From Solirubrobacterales bacterium (GTDB taxonomy: Bacteria > Actinomycetota > Thermoleophilia > Solirubrobacterales > 70-9), in the NCBI GenBank assembly GCA_030152805.1, contig JASLIG010000020.1, positions 173-64,172 on the forward strand: a stretch of 64,000 nucleotides of DNA. The letters run 5' to 3'. Each line of letters opens with the position of its first letter. The first letter of the stretch is position 1. Shown piece by piece: positions 33,719 to 42,542 of the stretch. The translations under genes were made by a program, and so were the position numbers. The notes beneath the pieces are model-generated. The model was not told where the DNA came from. It searched no databases and saw only the letters and a program-made list of their open reading frames with translations.

Positions 33719-34648
33719 TCAGACCTTCAGGAAGCGGCGCAGGGTGATGCCGGAGCCGATCGCCGATACCAGCACCGAGGCGGCGAAGAGGATCGCCACC
33801 AGCGCCGGGAAGGAGAGCGTGCTGTTGTTCTGCGCCGCGAGGAAGGAGAAGGTGTCGCTCAGCGGGTCGACGATCGTGATCTTGCCCAGCCACAGGATCA
33901 GTATGGCTACCAGACCACCGGCGAAGCCGACGACGACGCCCTCGATCATGAACGGCCAGCGGATGAACCAGCGGGTCGCGCCGACCAGGCGCATCACCTC
34001 GACCTCGCGGCGGCGGGTGTAGATCGAGAGCCGGATCGTGTTGCCGACCAGCATCAGCGAGGCGACGATCAAGAGCGCCGTGATCACGCTCAGCACGATC
34101 TTCAGGGCGCTCGTCACCTGCTCGATCTTCTTGCCGCCCTGCTGCTGTTCGAAGGTCGGGGTTTCGGCGACGATGATCGAGGAGATCGGCTTCGGCGTCC
34201 CATCGGGGCCCGGCGGCGCCACCGCGTCGCGGACCGATTCGAGGTTGCTCGCGTCGTCGGGCTTGACCGAGAAGTTGCCCGGCAGCGGGTTGTGGCCGCG
34301 CAGCTGGGTGATCGATTCTTCGACTTTGGCCTTGCCGTAGGAGGCCTTGAATTCGTTGAGCGCCTGCGCCTTGGTGACGAAGCGCACCGAGGCGACGTGC
34401 GGAATCGCTTCCAGCTTGCGCTGCAGAGCGCTGATTTCGGCCTCGGTCGCGTCGTCGTAGACCGGCACGCGGAATTCGAGGCTCTGGCGGATCTCGCTGC
34501 TCTTCGCCTGGGTCGTTTGGAAGACCGGGATCAGCACGCCGAGCAGGATCACCGTGGTGACCGTGGTGACGATCGCCGCCATGCTCGGGGCGCCGTTGCG
34601 GCGCAGTGCCCGGAATGCCTCCGCGATGAAGAAGAAGAACCGTGACAT
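33719..34648 (-). CDS. ftsX: cell-division ABC transporter permease-like protein FtsX
   Basis: 309 aa with four TM segments and an extracellular loop domain. It lies immediately downstream of ftsE with no gap. Confidence 0.9.
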   Translation of the reverse strand: MSRFFFFIAEAFRALRRNGAPSMAAIVTTVTTVILLGVLIPVFQTTQAKSSEIRQSLEFRVPVYDDATEAEISALQRKLEAIPHVASVRFVTKAQALNEFKASYGKAKVEESITQLRGHNPLPGNFSVKPDDASNLESVRDAVAPPGPDGTPKPISSIIVAETPTFEQQQGGKKIEQVTSALKIVLSVITALLIVASLMLVGNTIRLSIYTRRREVEVMRLVGATRWFIRWPFMIEGVVVGFAGGLVAILILWLGKITIVDPLSDTFSFLAAQNNSTLSFPALVAILFAASVLVSAIGSGITLRRFLKV

Positions 34649-35488
34649 CTAGATCAGCGAGTCGTGTCCGTTGGTCTGGCCCTCGGGGGCGACGCCCATC
34701 TCGGCCCGCATGCGCACGCCGAACTCGGTCGTCGACTCCTCGGTGTAACCGCCGCTGACCTCGTCGCGGACCACGCGGCCCTCGTAGAGCTCGATCACGC
34801 GGCGGCGCATGTTGTCGACCATCTCGCGATCGTGGGTGACGACGAGCACGGTCGTGCCGGTCTTGTTGATCCGGTAGAGCAGCTGCATCACGCCGATCGA
34901 GGTGACCGGGTCGAGGTTGCCGCTGGGCTCATCGGCAAGCAGCAGCGGCGGGTGGTTGACGAAGGCGCGAGCGATCGAGACGCGCTGCTGCTCGCCGCCC
35001 GAGAGCTGGTCCGGGTAGCTGTGCAGCTTGGTCGAGAGGCCGACGAGGCGCAACGTCTCGGGCACTTGGGTGCGGATCTGGGCGCGGCTGGCGCCGATCA
35101 CCTGCAGCGCGTAGGCAACGTTGTCGTAGACGGTGCGATCGGGCAGCAGCTTGAAGTCCTGGAAGACGGTGCCGATGTTGCGCCGCAGCTGCGGGATCTT
35201 CTTCTCCGCCATCGTGCCGATGTCGCGGCCGGCGATGCGAACGGCGCCCTCGGTCGCCTCCAGCTCGCGGATCAAGAGCTTGATCAGCGTCGACTTGCCG
35301 CAGCCGGTCGGGCCGACGAGGAAGGCGAACTCACCGCGGTCGATCGCCAGCGAGACGCGATCGAGGGCCATGTGGCCACCGGGGTAGACCTTGGTCACGT
35401 CGCGCAGCTCGATGATCGGCTTGCCGCCGGGGCGGCGCTGCGCCTGCGGCTGATCGCCGCTCTGCTTTCGCCTTCTCATTCTGGCCAT
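34649..35488 (-). CDS. ftsE: cell-division ATP-binding protein FtsE
   Basis: Walker [10 protein letters not shown], signature LSGGEQQRV, Walker B LLADEP. Start at ATG 35488. The 868-aa ORF in the track is an upstream read-through. Confidence 0.92.
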   Translation of the reverse strand: MARMRRRKQSGDQPQAQRRPGGKPIIELRDVTKVYPGGHMALDRVSLAIDRGEFAFLVGPTGCGKSTLIKLLIRELEATEGAVRIAGRDIGTMAEKKIPQLRRNIGTVFQDFKLLPDRTVYDNVAYALQVIGASRAQIRTQVPETLRLVGLSTKLHSYPDQLSGGEQQRVSIARAFVNHPPLLLADEPSGNLDPVTSIGVMQLLYRINKTGTTVLVVTHDREMVDNMRRRVIELYEGRVVRDEVSGGYTEESTTEFGVRMRAEMGVAPEGQTNGHDSLI

Positions 35489-35534
35489 GCCCGCGGTCCC
35501 TTCTGCGAGTACAGGGTGACTCCTGCGCCCCGCC

Positions 35535-35554
35535 GGGCGCGCAATTCCGCGCCC
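35535..35554 (-). terminator. GC hairpin after the secreted-protein trio
   Basis: The minus strand reads GGGCGCG-gaattg-CGCGCCC, starting 9 nt after the stop at 35563. There is no U-tract. Confidence 0.4.
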
Positions 35555-35562
35555 AGATCGGC

Positions 35563-37383
35563 TCAGCCCCTTGCCCGGCAGGTGCGGGTCAGGACCGGGC
35601 TGAGGGTGAGTCCGCTGGCGAAATCGAAGCTCGTCCGCGCCAGCGGGAAGGCCGCGCTTGGGAACCCCGCCGGGGCCGGGCAGCCGGCGCTGAGGAAGCT
35701 GCGCGACCTGCCGTGGTAGCTGAAGCGCCGGTGAAGGTTCATCCGCAGGCCGGTGACGTAGCCCCAGCTGCCGGTTGCCTGGGGCAGCGACGCTTCGAGC
35801 ACCGTGCCGTAGGTGCCGTGCCCGTCCCTGAGCAGGAAGGGCAGGACGGCCGAGGTCGGCGCCGGCTGGGTGCCATATATGTGGGCGAGGATCGCCGGCT
35901 TGCCGCCGATCCGGCCGTTGAAGGCGAGGACCTCGCCTTCCGAGGGGAAGGGAGACTGCTCGGGGAGCTTGACGTTGGCCGAGAAATAGCCTTCCCCCAC
36001 CAGGGCGCCACGACAGGCGGAGAGCGCGGTGGTCGTGGTCGACGGCTGGATCTGATCGATCCTGCAGGCGGGCAGTCCCGTCGAAGCGAAGTGCCCGTTG
36101 CGGTTGATCGCGATCGTGATCCGGCGCAGCTGGGGCGGTTCCTCGCCGCCGGTCGCGCCGATCTTGGCGTCGACCACTATCCCCACCGGCGCCATGCCGT
36201 GGCGGGGCAGCGCGTGCGGCGTGAGTTTGCCGTCGAAGCTGACGCGAACGCCGCGGCGCTGTTCGGCCACCGAGGCCGAGGCAGTGGGAGCGGCGGCGCC
36301 CGGCGACGTTCCCGGGACAGAGCCCGGCGGTGCCGCCGCGGCGTTCCCGGCGAGCGCCTCTCCCCCTTCTACAGCGGAGGGGGCAAACGGTTCGAAGGGC
36401 CCGTACTTGACCGCGTTGGCGGCGAAGCTGTTGCCGGTGGTGACGTAGAGGTCGCCGGTTTTCGGGTCCACGGCGATTCCGGACGGTTCGCCGAAGATGG
36501 GTCCTTCCATCTGTCCTTTGAAGCCGACGCGGCGGGGAGTGAGATGATCGAGGAACGCGCCTGTGGCGTCGAACTCCAGGATTGCGGCGAGGGGATCCTC
36601 GAATCCCTGCTTGAGGTCGTCGACCACCAGGACGTGTCCGTTCGTCGGGTCGACCGCGAGCGAGGCATCGACCAGCGAGGCGAATTCGTAATCCGTCGCC
36701 AGCGAGGGGGTGGCTGCGCTGCTCCCGGTCGGGTAGCCCTTGACCGCGCCGTCGCCGGCATCGGCGACGTAGACCGTTCCGCCTTTGGGGTCGACCGCCA
36801 GCCCGTAGCCGTCGAGCAGGCTGGCGCCGCCGATTTTTTCGACCGGCGCCTCGCCGGCTTCGATCGGCGCCGCGTACACGGCGATGTAGGTGCGACGGTC
36901 GACGTAGACGTTCCCTTTTTCGTCGACCGCGACGCCGGTCGCCTGGCCCGGATCGATTACCTGTTCGCTCGGCGCCAGCCGCAGCACCGCCTGGTGGTAT
37001 TCGTTGGCGTAGAGGTTGCCCGCCGGATCGATCGCCAGGCCGCAGACGGCGTTGAGCGTGTTGATTTCCTGCGGCGGCCGACCGCCTGGCAGCGGGATCG
37101 AGCCCAAGCCAGTGGCTTTCGTGGCGGAATAGATGCCAATCGCGCGGTGGTAGTAGTCGGAAACGTAGATTTCTTTGGCGGTCGATACCGCCAGGCCGCA
37201 TGCGCCTTCCAGTTCGACCGGAACCACTTTTTCTTCTTTTTCGGTGAGCAGCCACTCTTCGCGGTTGCCCAGCTCCACCGGATGGCTGAGCAGTTTCCGG
37301 TATGCCCCGGCATCGCTTGTCCCCAGGGCCAGTCCACCCAGCAGGCAGCAGGCGAGGATCGTCACTATCGCCTTGACCCTCAT
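35563..37383 (-). CDS. secreted NHL-repeat beta-propeller protein with a C-terminal Cys-loop module
   Basis: Start MRVKAIVTILACCLLGGLALG (ATG 37383, ATGA overlap with the upstream stop). It has repeated NHL-like blades (GLAVS…IYVSD, GLAIDPAGNLYA, GVAVDEKGNVYV, GLAVDPKGGTVYVAD, LAVDPTNGHVLVVD, GIAVDPKTGDLYV). Confidence 0.75.
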   Translation of the reverse strand: MRVKAIVTILACCLLGGLALGTSDAGAYRKLLSHPVELGNREEWLLTEKEEKVVPVELEGACGLAVSTAKEIYVSDYYHRAIGIYSATKATGLGSIPLPGGRPPQEINTLNAVCGLAIDPAGNLYANEYHQAVLRLAPSEQVIDPGQATGVAVDEKGNVYVDRRTYIAVYAAPIEAGEAPVEKIGGASLLDGYGLAVDPKGGTVYVADAGDGAVKGYPTGSSAATPSLATDYEFASLVDASLAVDPTNGHVLVVDDLKQGFEDPLAAILEFDATGAFLDHLTPRRVGFKGQMEGPIFGEPSGIAVDPKTGDLYVTTGNSFAANAVKYGPFEPFAPSAVEGGEALAGNAAAAPPGSVPGTSPGAAAPTASASVAEQRRGVRVSFDGKLTPHALPRHGMAPVGIVVDAKIGATGGEEPPQLRRITIAINRNGHFASTGLPACRIDQIQPSTTTTALSACRGALVGEGYFSANVKLPEQSPFPSEGEVLAFNGRIGGKPAILAHIYGTQPAPTSAVLPFLLRDGHGTYGTVLEASLPQATGSWGYVTGLRMNLHRRFSYHGRSRSFLSAGCPAPAGFPSAAFPLARTSFDFASGLTLSPVLTRTCRARG

Positions 37384-40196
37384 CTCTTTCCTTTCTTCTT
37401 CTTGCATTGTGCCTTCACTTCGGGCCGCATCACCCAACCGCGATTTGCCTGGCTGACGAACCGCGCCCGCGCGAGTTGCGGCGCGCGGCAGAGGTTTTCC
37501 GCGTTGACCAGCACCCCGCGCGATCCTGCCTTCAGGGTGAGGACGAACTTCCGCACCGGCGCGTCGGGGATCGTCGGGAAGACGCCGCGGATGCCGCCGC
37601 GGAAGGAGTCGATCCGGCCGGCGACGTTGACCTCGATGCCGTGTCCCCTCAGCGCGAAGACGAGGTCCGGCAGCTCGTGGGCGGAGGAGCGCAGGTAGGC
37701 CGGACCTTCCATCGGAGCTTCGAGCAGCGGCGTGAAGGCGCGGACGTGCCCGTAGACCGACCCTTGCGGACACCTGTCGGCGGCGAACTGGACCTTGGAG
37801 CAGATCGTTTTGATGTGCGCCTGGTCGAGGAAGATCGAGGGCGGCAGGGTGACCTGCGAGGAGGCGATGTTGGCGTCGCCGGGCCGCGGCTTGACGACGA
37901 CGCGAAGCGCCGGATGGTCGCCGCGTTTCGTCCCGCCCAGGAATCGCAGGTCGATCCTCGGCTTGAAGCGGAGCGAGGCGCAGTCGAACGCCTGGAAGGG
38001 GGCCGTGGCGACCGCGAGGGTGTCGTCCGAGCGGTCCGCGTAGCGCTGCCCGGCGCCGTTCAGCGCCGAGGCCACGCTGAAGGGAGAGCAGTTGGTCGGG
38101 TTGAGCGTGAAGTTGGGGCGGTCGATGTAGGCGCGGATGTCGCGCAGGTGGATCGGGATTCCGTCGACGATGTGGGGGATCGGGTCGGTGCCGGTCGCGT
38201 CGATCGAGGCTTGGGTCGTTTCCGGGTCGATGCGAATCGCCGAGCGGACGATCACGACGCCGAGGTCGAAGGGGCCGACAAGGGCCGAGTCGATCGCGAC
38301 GACCGAGAAGGAGGAGCCGCGGTAGGGACCGGCGAGGTAGAGGTTGCCGGGCGCGTAGGCGAGTACCGAGCCGACGCCGTAGCCGGAGGTCGTGTGGCCG
38401 ATCAGGCTCGCGGCCGGGCAGGACGGGTGGTCGCGCTCGGCCACCCCGGAGTTCACTCGCGCCGCCTCGATCGCCGCCTCGGGGCAATAGGGGACGCCGG
38501 CGATCTTGCCGAGCAGGCCGGGTGGCAGCTCTGCGGAGTAGGAGACGATCTCCTGTTCGGTAACCCGCCGCGTTAGGTGCAGGTAGAAGGGCGTGTAGGC
38601 GCCGGCGCGCGGGTTGAGCGTGCCGCCTTTCGCCTGAGGAGCGAACGGCGCCAGGCCCGATGGACAGGGACCGCCACCCAGGCCGGCGGTGATCGCGGTG
38701 GGCAGTGACTGGTGCCTGACGAGGTCGGGGTCCCGCCAGGGCGTGAAGGACGCCTCGGTAGAGATCTGTCCGCAGGCCGCCGGCGTCGCCAGGGGGCTGC
38801 GCTGGCCTTCGCGAAAGTGGATGCGCAAAACCGAGTACGGCAGCTGCGGCAACCTGTCGAAGGTCGCGGTGAGGCGGCCGCTGGCCGGATCGGCTTCGAG
38901 CTTGCCGGCCACCTTGACCAGGATCCCGCGATCGCTCGCCTTGGCCACGAGATAGACCGCGAGCAGGCCGCCGAAGGGGTTCCGGAACGGCGCCGCGAGA
39001 AAGATCGAACCGTCGATTTCGGCCGGGACGATCGGGCTCTTGACGCGAAAGTCGCCGATTTTCGATTGGCTGGGACAACCCGCGCCCGGCGGCGAGGAGA
39101 CCGTCTCGGCGTCGTACTGCTCGAGCGTGCATACGCCCAGTCCCGCGCCGACGGAGGGATTGATCGTCACGCCTTCGGGCAGGCTGACGACGGCCTTACG
39201 CACCGGAGTCGGCGCTTGCAGCTTCGGATCGAGGAGTGCGAGGGTGTCGACTTCTATGTCGAAGGCGTAGCCGGAGGGCGAGGAGGCGCGGAGATCGCTG
39301 AGCTGGGCCACCGCGTGCGGTGCGAATGGGAGTTCGGAACAGCCTTTGAGCGGGGCGGTGGCGCCGAATTCGCGCGGCGGCACCTCCTCCGCCTGCCCCC
39401 AGGCCCTGGCCGTCGCTTTGAAGGTCAGGCCCGTTTCGCATTCGGTTGGCAGGGTGAGGTAGGCGCGGGGCTCATTGACAGGTTCGGTGGGTGGTCCAAC
39501 CGAGCATTTGGCCCAGCCGAAGGTCGGCTCCACCTCGTTGAGGCAGTTGCCCCGCTGGGCGTTGTGGATGACCGACCAGGGCGTTCCCCAGATCGTCACG
39601 GTGAGGCCGGTGACGTCGAGCAGCTGCGAGACGTTCTCGGTCTTCAGCGTGATCCCGTATTCGCCGTCGGCCTGGCGGATCGAGGGCACGAAGACGATCG
39701 GGGTGCCGAAGGCGTTGAGGCCGACCTCGGACGGCGCCCCGGGCGGCGGAGCCAGGTTGAAGATCCCGAAGGTGCGGGTGCTCCCGCCCTCGCGCGCGGA
39801 GCGCACGGTGGCGATTCCGACCTGGGCCTTGTCCGGGCAGCTCTCGCCGGAGAGGCTTTCTTCCCAGGGGGAGTCACGGGGCGTGTGGAAGGCCTCGGGG
39901 CTGCACTGACCCACCGCGGCCGCCCTTTCGATCAGGCCGGGCGGCATCTCGATGCCGAGGTCGCGCAGATCCCCCGCGGTGAACGGCCCCCCGCCCTGGA
40001 GAGCGAAATCGACGTCGAAGCTGACCGAAGCCGGATGCGATCCGGCCAGGGAGGCGTCGGTCGTTCCGCCCTCGTAGACGTGGGCTTCGAAGCCTTCGTC
40101 GCCGGGCAGGAAGTCGAAGGCAACCGCCGACGCCGGCGTCAGCAGGAGCGCGGCGGCAACGAGGACGCCCACTGCGGCGCGCACGGGCACGCTCAT
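37380..40196 (-). CDS. 938-aa secreted protein of unknown function built from about four repeats of a Cys-loop module
   Basis: Start MSVPVRAAVGVLVAAALLLTPASAVA (ATG 40196, ATGA overlap with the upstream stop). I recognise no named family. The internal repeats are described in the findings. Confidence 0.7.
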   Translation of the reverse strand: MSVPVRAAVGVLVAAALLLTPASAVAFDFLPGDEGFEAHVYEGGTTDASLAGSHPASVSFDVDFALQGGGPFTAGDLRDLGIEMPPGLIERAAAVGQCSPEAFHTPRDSPWEESLSGESCPDKAQVGIATVRSAREGGSTRTFGIFNLAPPPGAPSEVGLNAFGTPIVFVPSIRQADGEYGITLKTENVSQLLDVTGLTVTIWGTPWSVIHNAQRGNCLNEVEPTFGWAKCSVGPPTEPVNEPRAYLTLPTECETGLTFKATARAWGQAEEVPPREFGATAPLKGCSELPFAPHAVAQLSDLRASSPSGYAFDIEVDTLALLDPKLQAPTPVRKAVVSLPEGVTINPSVGAGLGVCTLEQYDAETVSSPPGAGCPSQSKIGDFRVKSPIVPAEIDGSIFLAAPFRNPFGGLLAVYLVAKASDRGILVKVAGKLEADPASGRLTATFDRLPQLPYSVLRIHFREGQRSPLATPAACGQISTEASFTPWRDPDLVRHQSLPTAITAGLGGGPCPSGLAPFAPQAKGGTLNPRAGAYTPFYLHLTRRVTEQEIVSYSAELPPGLLGKIAGVPYCPEAAIEAARVNSGVAERDHPSCPAASLIGHTTSGYGVGSVLAYAPGNLYLAGPYRGSSFSVVAIDSALVGPFDLGVVIVRSAIRIDPETTQASIDATGTDPIPHIVDGIPIHLRDIRAYIDRPNFTLNPTNCSPFSVASALNGAGQRYADRSDDTLAVATAPFQAFDCASLRFKPRIDLRFLGGTKRGDHPALRVVVKPRPGDANIASSQVTLPPSIFLDQAHIKTICSKVQFAADRCPQGSVYGHVRAFTPLLEAPMEGPAYLRSSAHELPDLVFALRGHGIEVNVAGRIDSFRGGIRGVFPTIPDAPVRKFVLTLKAGSRGVLVNAENLCRAPQLARARFVSQANRGWVMRPEVKAQCKKKKGKR

Positions 40197-42469
40197 CGTT
40201 GCGAACCCGCCCTGGCATGACGCCCCTCCTGCTTGTGACCGCCGCGGCTGCGGTGCCCGCGGTGCCGGTGGTGTTTGCGGTGGTGCCTGCTTTTCGATTT
40301 CGGCTTGAAGATGCGCAGTTTCGGGTTGCCCGAACTGGGGATGAGGGTTCCCGGCGTCGGGTCGTCGGGTTCTCCGGGCAGGGGCTGGCAGTTGTCCGCA
40401 ACGCATATGATCCCTTCGTCGATCGGGAAGCCCCCTCCCGCACGGGCGTCGTAGAGGTCGATCGAGCCGAGATCGACCTTGGCCAGCAGCGGCTTGTCGG
40501 TGACGAAGTAGACGTCGGTGCCGTCGGCCGAGGCGTCGATCAGCCTCGCTGCGGTCGACCGGTCACCCGAGATCGCCGTAGCGCAACCGAACGGCCGCGC
40601 GCAGCCCCCGGCCCCCTGCGCCTGCCACTCGAAGATCCGCGAGCCCGTGCTCCCGCCTCCCGTCGTTTCCTCGCGTTCGAAGAAGAGGCGCAGCCCGTCG
40701 GCGCTGAGGACGCGGGGCCTGTAGGCGAGGGTGCTCCCGTTGACCTGGGTCCCCGCCAGCGCCGCTGGGCCCAGCGGGCGTTCTCCATTGCGCTTGCAGG
40801 AGGCGCAGACGAGCTTCGCTTCTCCGCCGCCCACCGGCGGCCCGTACACGTAGGCCTCGGCATCCGGCAGGTGCGTGTTCGCGTCGATGTTGTCGAATTT
40901 GGTCAGCGGCAGCTCCGAGAGGAAGGCGAGGTAGCTTCCGTCGGGGCTCACCCGTGCCGTCGCTGTTGCGGGGGGGTAGTCGCTTTCGAGCGCCGCGTCG
41001 CCGCCCTCGGCGATGGTCGCGATCGTGCCACCTCGCCAGAGCTCGAGCCCGTCGGCATCCTGGAAGTACACCGACCCGCCATCGGCCGAGGCGCCGAGCA
41101 TCCCCACGACGCCGCCTGACGGAGTCAGATCGCTGAGCGCTTCCGTTGCGGCGGTGAAGCGATAGAGGTGACCTCCCTTGATGAGGAAGGCGATGGCGCC
41201 GTCGGGCGTGGCGGTCTGGAACTGGCCACCGCCACCGACGCCTTCGTCGACCCAAACGGTCGCGCCCCCCTGGCGGAGGTAGAGGTTTCCGCCATCGCTC
41301 CAGTAGATGCTGGAGCCGTCGGCGGAGACCGCTCCGAGCGGTGCGGCAATCGCAGCATCCGGGGTCGTGACGCTGTCTCCGGGCAGCAGGTTGACCGCCC
41401 TCAGGCCAGCCGTCGCGGACCAGTCGTAGAGGTTGGTCGCGGTCGGATCGCATTTGCCGGCCCCGGCCGGCACCTCGACCGCATCGGCGCTGAGCTTGGC
41501 GCAGCTGGAGAGCACCACGTGGGAGAGGTCGGGCGTGGCCGCGGCGAAGCCGACCTCGAAGTTGACGGGGGTCACCGCACTGTGCGCCACGTCCGCAGAG
41601 CCGAGCAGCGAGGCGAAGTGACCGTTGGCGTCGTTACGCAGGTAGTAGGCCATGTAGCCCGCCGGCGCGCCGCTCCCCGGCAGCGGCGGGTTTGGCACCG
41701 GGCAGCCGACGAGTCCGCCACGACAGGCGAGGCCGCCGAAGAGCAGGGCGCTCGAGAGGTCTTCCGAGAAGACGCGGTAGGGCGCCCCGTCGGGCGAGTC
41801 GCCGTAGGCGGCGGATTCGAGCGGCGCCGAGACGTTTTCGGTGACCCAACCGGACGGGGTGCGCCGGGAGACGTACTGGCTCGACGGCGGTGCGCCGGCC
41901 CCTGCACCGAACGAACTGCTCGAGCTGTAGGTGACCACCCCCGTCGCCCCGGCCTGGAAATCGCCGCCGCCGAACAGCTCTCCGGGGGCGGCTATGTCGC
42001 CGCCGTTCTTGTCGACCGGCGAGACCATCTCCCAGACGCGGCCGTCGGGCAACTGGGACGAATTTTCTCCTTCCGTTACGAAGACGTGCTCGAGCGCTTC
42101 GCCACCGATCGTCGTCCCTTCGGAATCGAAGGCGACCGGGCGGTAGTGGTAGACGGTGAACGGGACGAGGGAGCCGCTGATCGTCCGGCTGACTTTCGCC
42201 ACGCCGTTGGATTCGGTCCCCCCCTGCGAGGTTTTGGCAGCGCCCGCGAACCGGTTGCCGACCGGGTTCGCCTGGTAGGCGGCGTCGGTTATGTATTCGA
42301 AGTAGTAGTTGGCGTGTTTGCCGTTGAGGGCGAGCTGCATGAAGAGCGTGGCGCCCGTCGTGCTGATTCCTTCAGCCCACGATTCCTCGATCGGCGGTCC
42401 GGCGGCTGCCGCACCCGACGGCACCGCGAGCAGGGCAGCGCAGGCAAGTACCCCCGCGGCTGCCGACAT
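40193..42469 (-). CDS. secreted protein with an FN3-like domain, a TolB/PD40-like beta-propeller and a polybasic His/Arg/Lys tail
   Basis: Start MSAAAGVLACAALLAVPSGAAAA (ATG 42469, 5 nt after AGGGAG). It has an FN3-like motif (ATLFMQLALNGKHANYYFEYI…FTVYHYRPVAFDSEG) and PD40-like motifs (VSADGSSIYWSD, VSPDGSYLAFLS, LSADGLRLFF, ASADGTDVYFV). Confidence 0.7.
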   Translation of the reverse strand: MSAAAGVLACAALLAVPSGAAAAGPPIEESWAEGISTTGATLFMQLALNGKHANYYFEYITDAAYQANPVGNRFAGAAKTSQGGTESNGVAKVSRTISGSLVPFTVYHYRPVAFDSEGTTIGGEALEHVFVTEGENSSQLPDGRVWEMVSPVDKNGGDIAAPGELFGGGDFQAGATGVVTYSSSSSFGAGAGAPPSSQYVSRRTPSGWVTENVSAPLESAAYGDSPDGAPYRVFSEDLSSALLFGGLACRGGLVGCPVPNPPLPGSGAPAGYMAYYLRNDANGHFASLLGSADVAHSAVTPVNFEVGFAAATPDLSHVVLSSCAKLSADAVEVPAGAGKCDPTATNLYDWSATAGLRAVNLLPGDSVTTPDAAIAAPLGAVSADGSSIYWSDGGNLYLRQGGATVWVDEGVGGGGQFQTATPDGAIAFLIKGGHLYRFTAATEALSDLTPSGGVVGMLGASADGGSVYFQDADGLELWRGGTIATIAEGGDAALESDYPPATATARVSPDGSYLAFLSELPLTKFDNIDANTHLPDAEAYVYGPPVGGGEAKLVCASCKRNGERPLGPAALAGTQVNGSTLAYRPRVLSADGLRLFFEREETTGGGSTGSRIFEWQAQGAGGCARPFGCATAISGDRSTAARLIDASADGTDVYFVTDKPLLAKVDLGSIDLYDARAGGGFPIDEGIICVADNCQPLPGEPDDPTPGTLIPSSGNPKLRIFKPKSKSRHHRKHHRHRGHRSRGGHKQEGRHARAGSQR

Positions 42470-42542
42470 GGTCTCCCTGACCCAAGCCACCGTACATTTC
42501 TACGGTACGGACAGGGTTTTCGCAAGATATGCTCAGGTCTTC

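Noticed and set aside
35489-37255. An upstream extension of the ftsE ORF (868 aa in the track). Comparable N-terminal extensions occur in the ORFs at 35563-39132, 37380-40406, 53068-56157, 28700-30736, 48457-49710 and 25617-26567.
   Set aside because: The extensions are Arg/Pro-rich and overlap better-supported upstream genes. The recognisable protein begins at an internal ATG or GTG, often with an SD or a signal peptide.
42491-42542. A short hairpin (CCGTAC-n9-GTACGG) between tkt and the first secreted-protein gene, considered as a terminator or regulatory element.
   Set aside because: It has only a 6-bp stem and no U-tract. I cannot tell whether the trio has its own promoter or is read through from tkt, so it is too weak to call.
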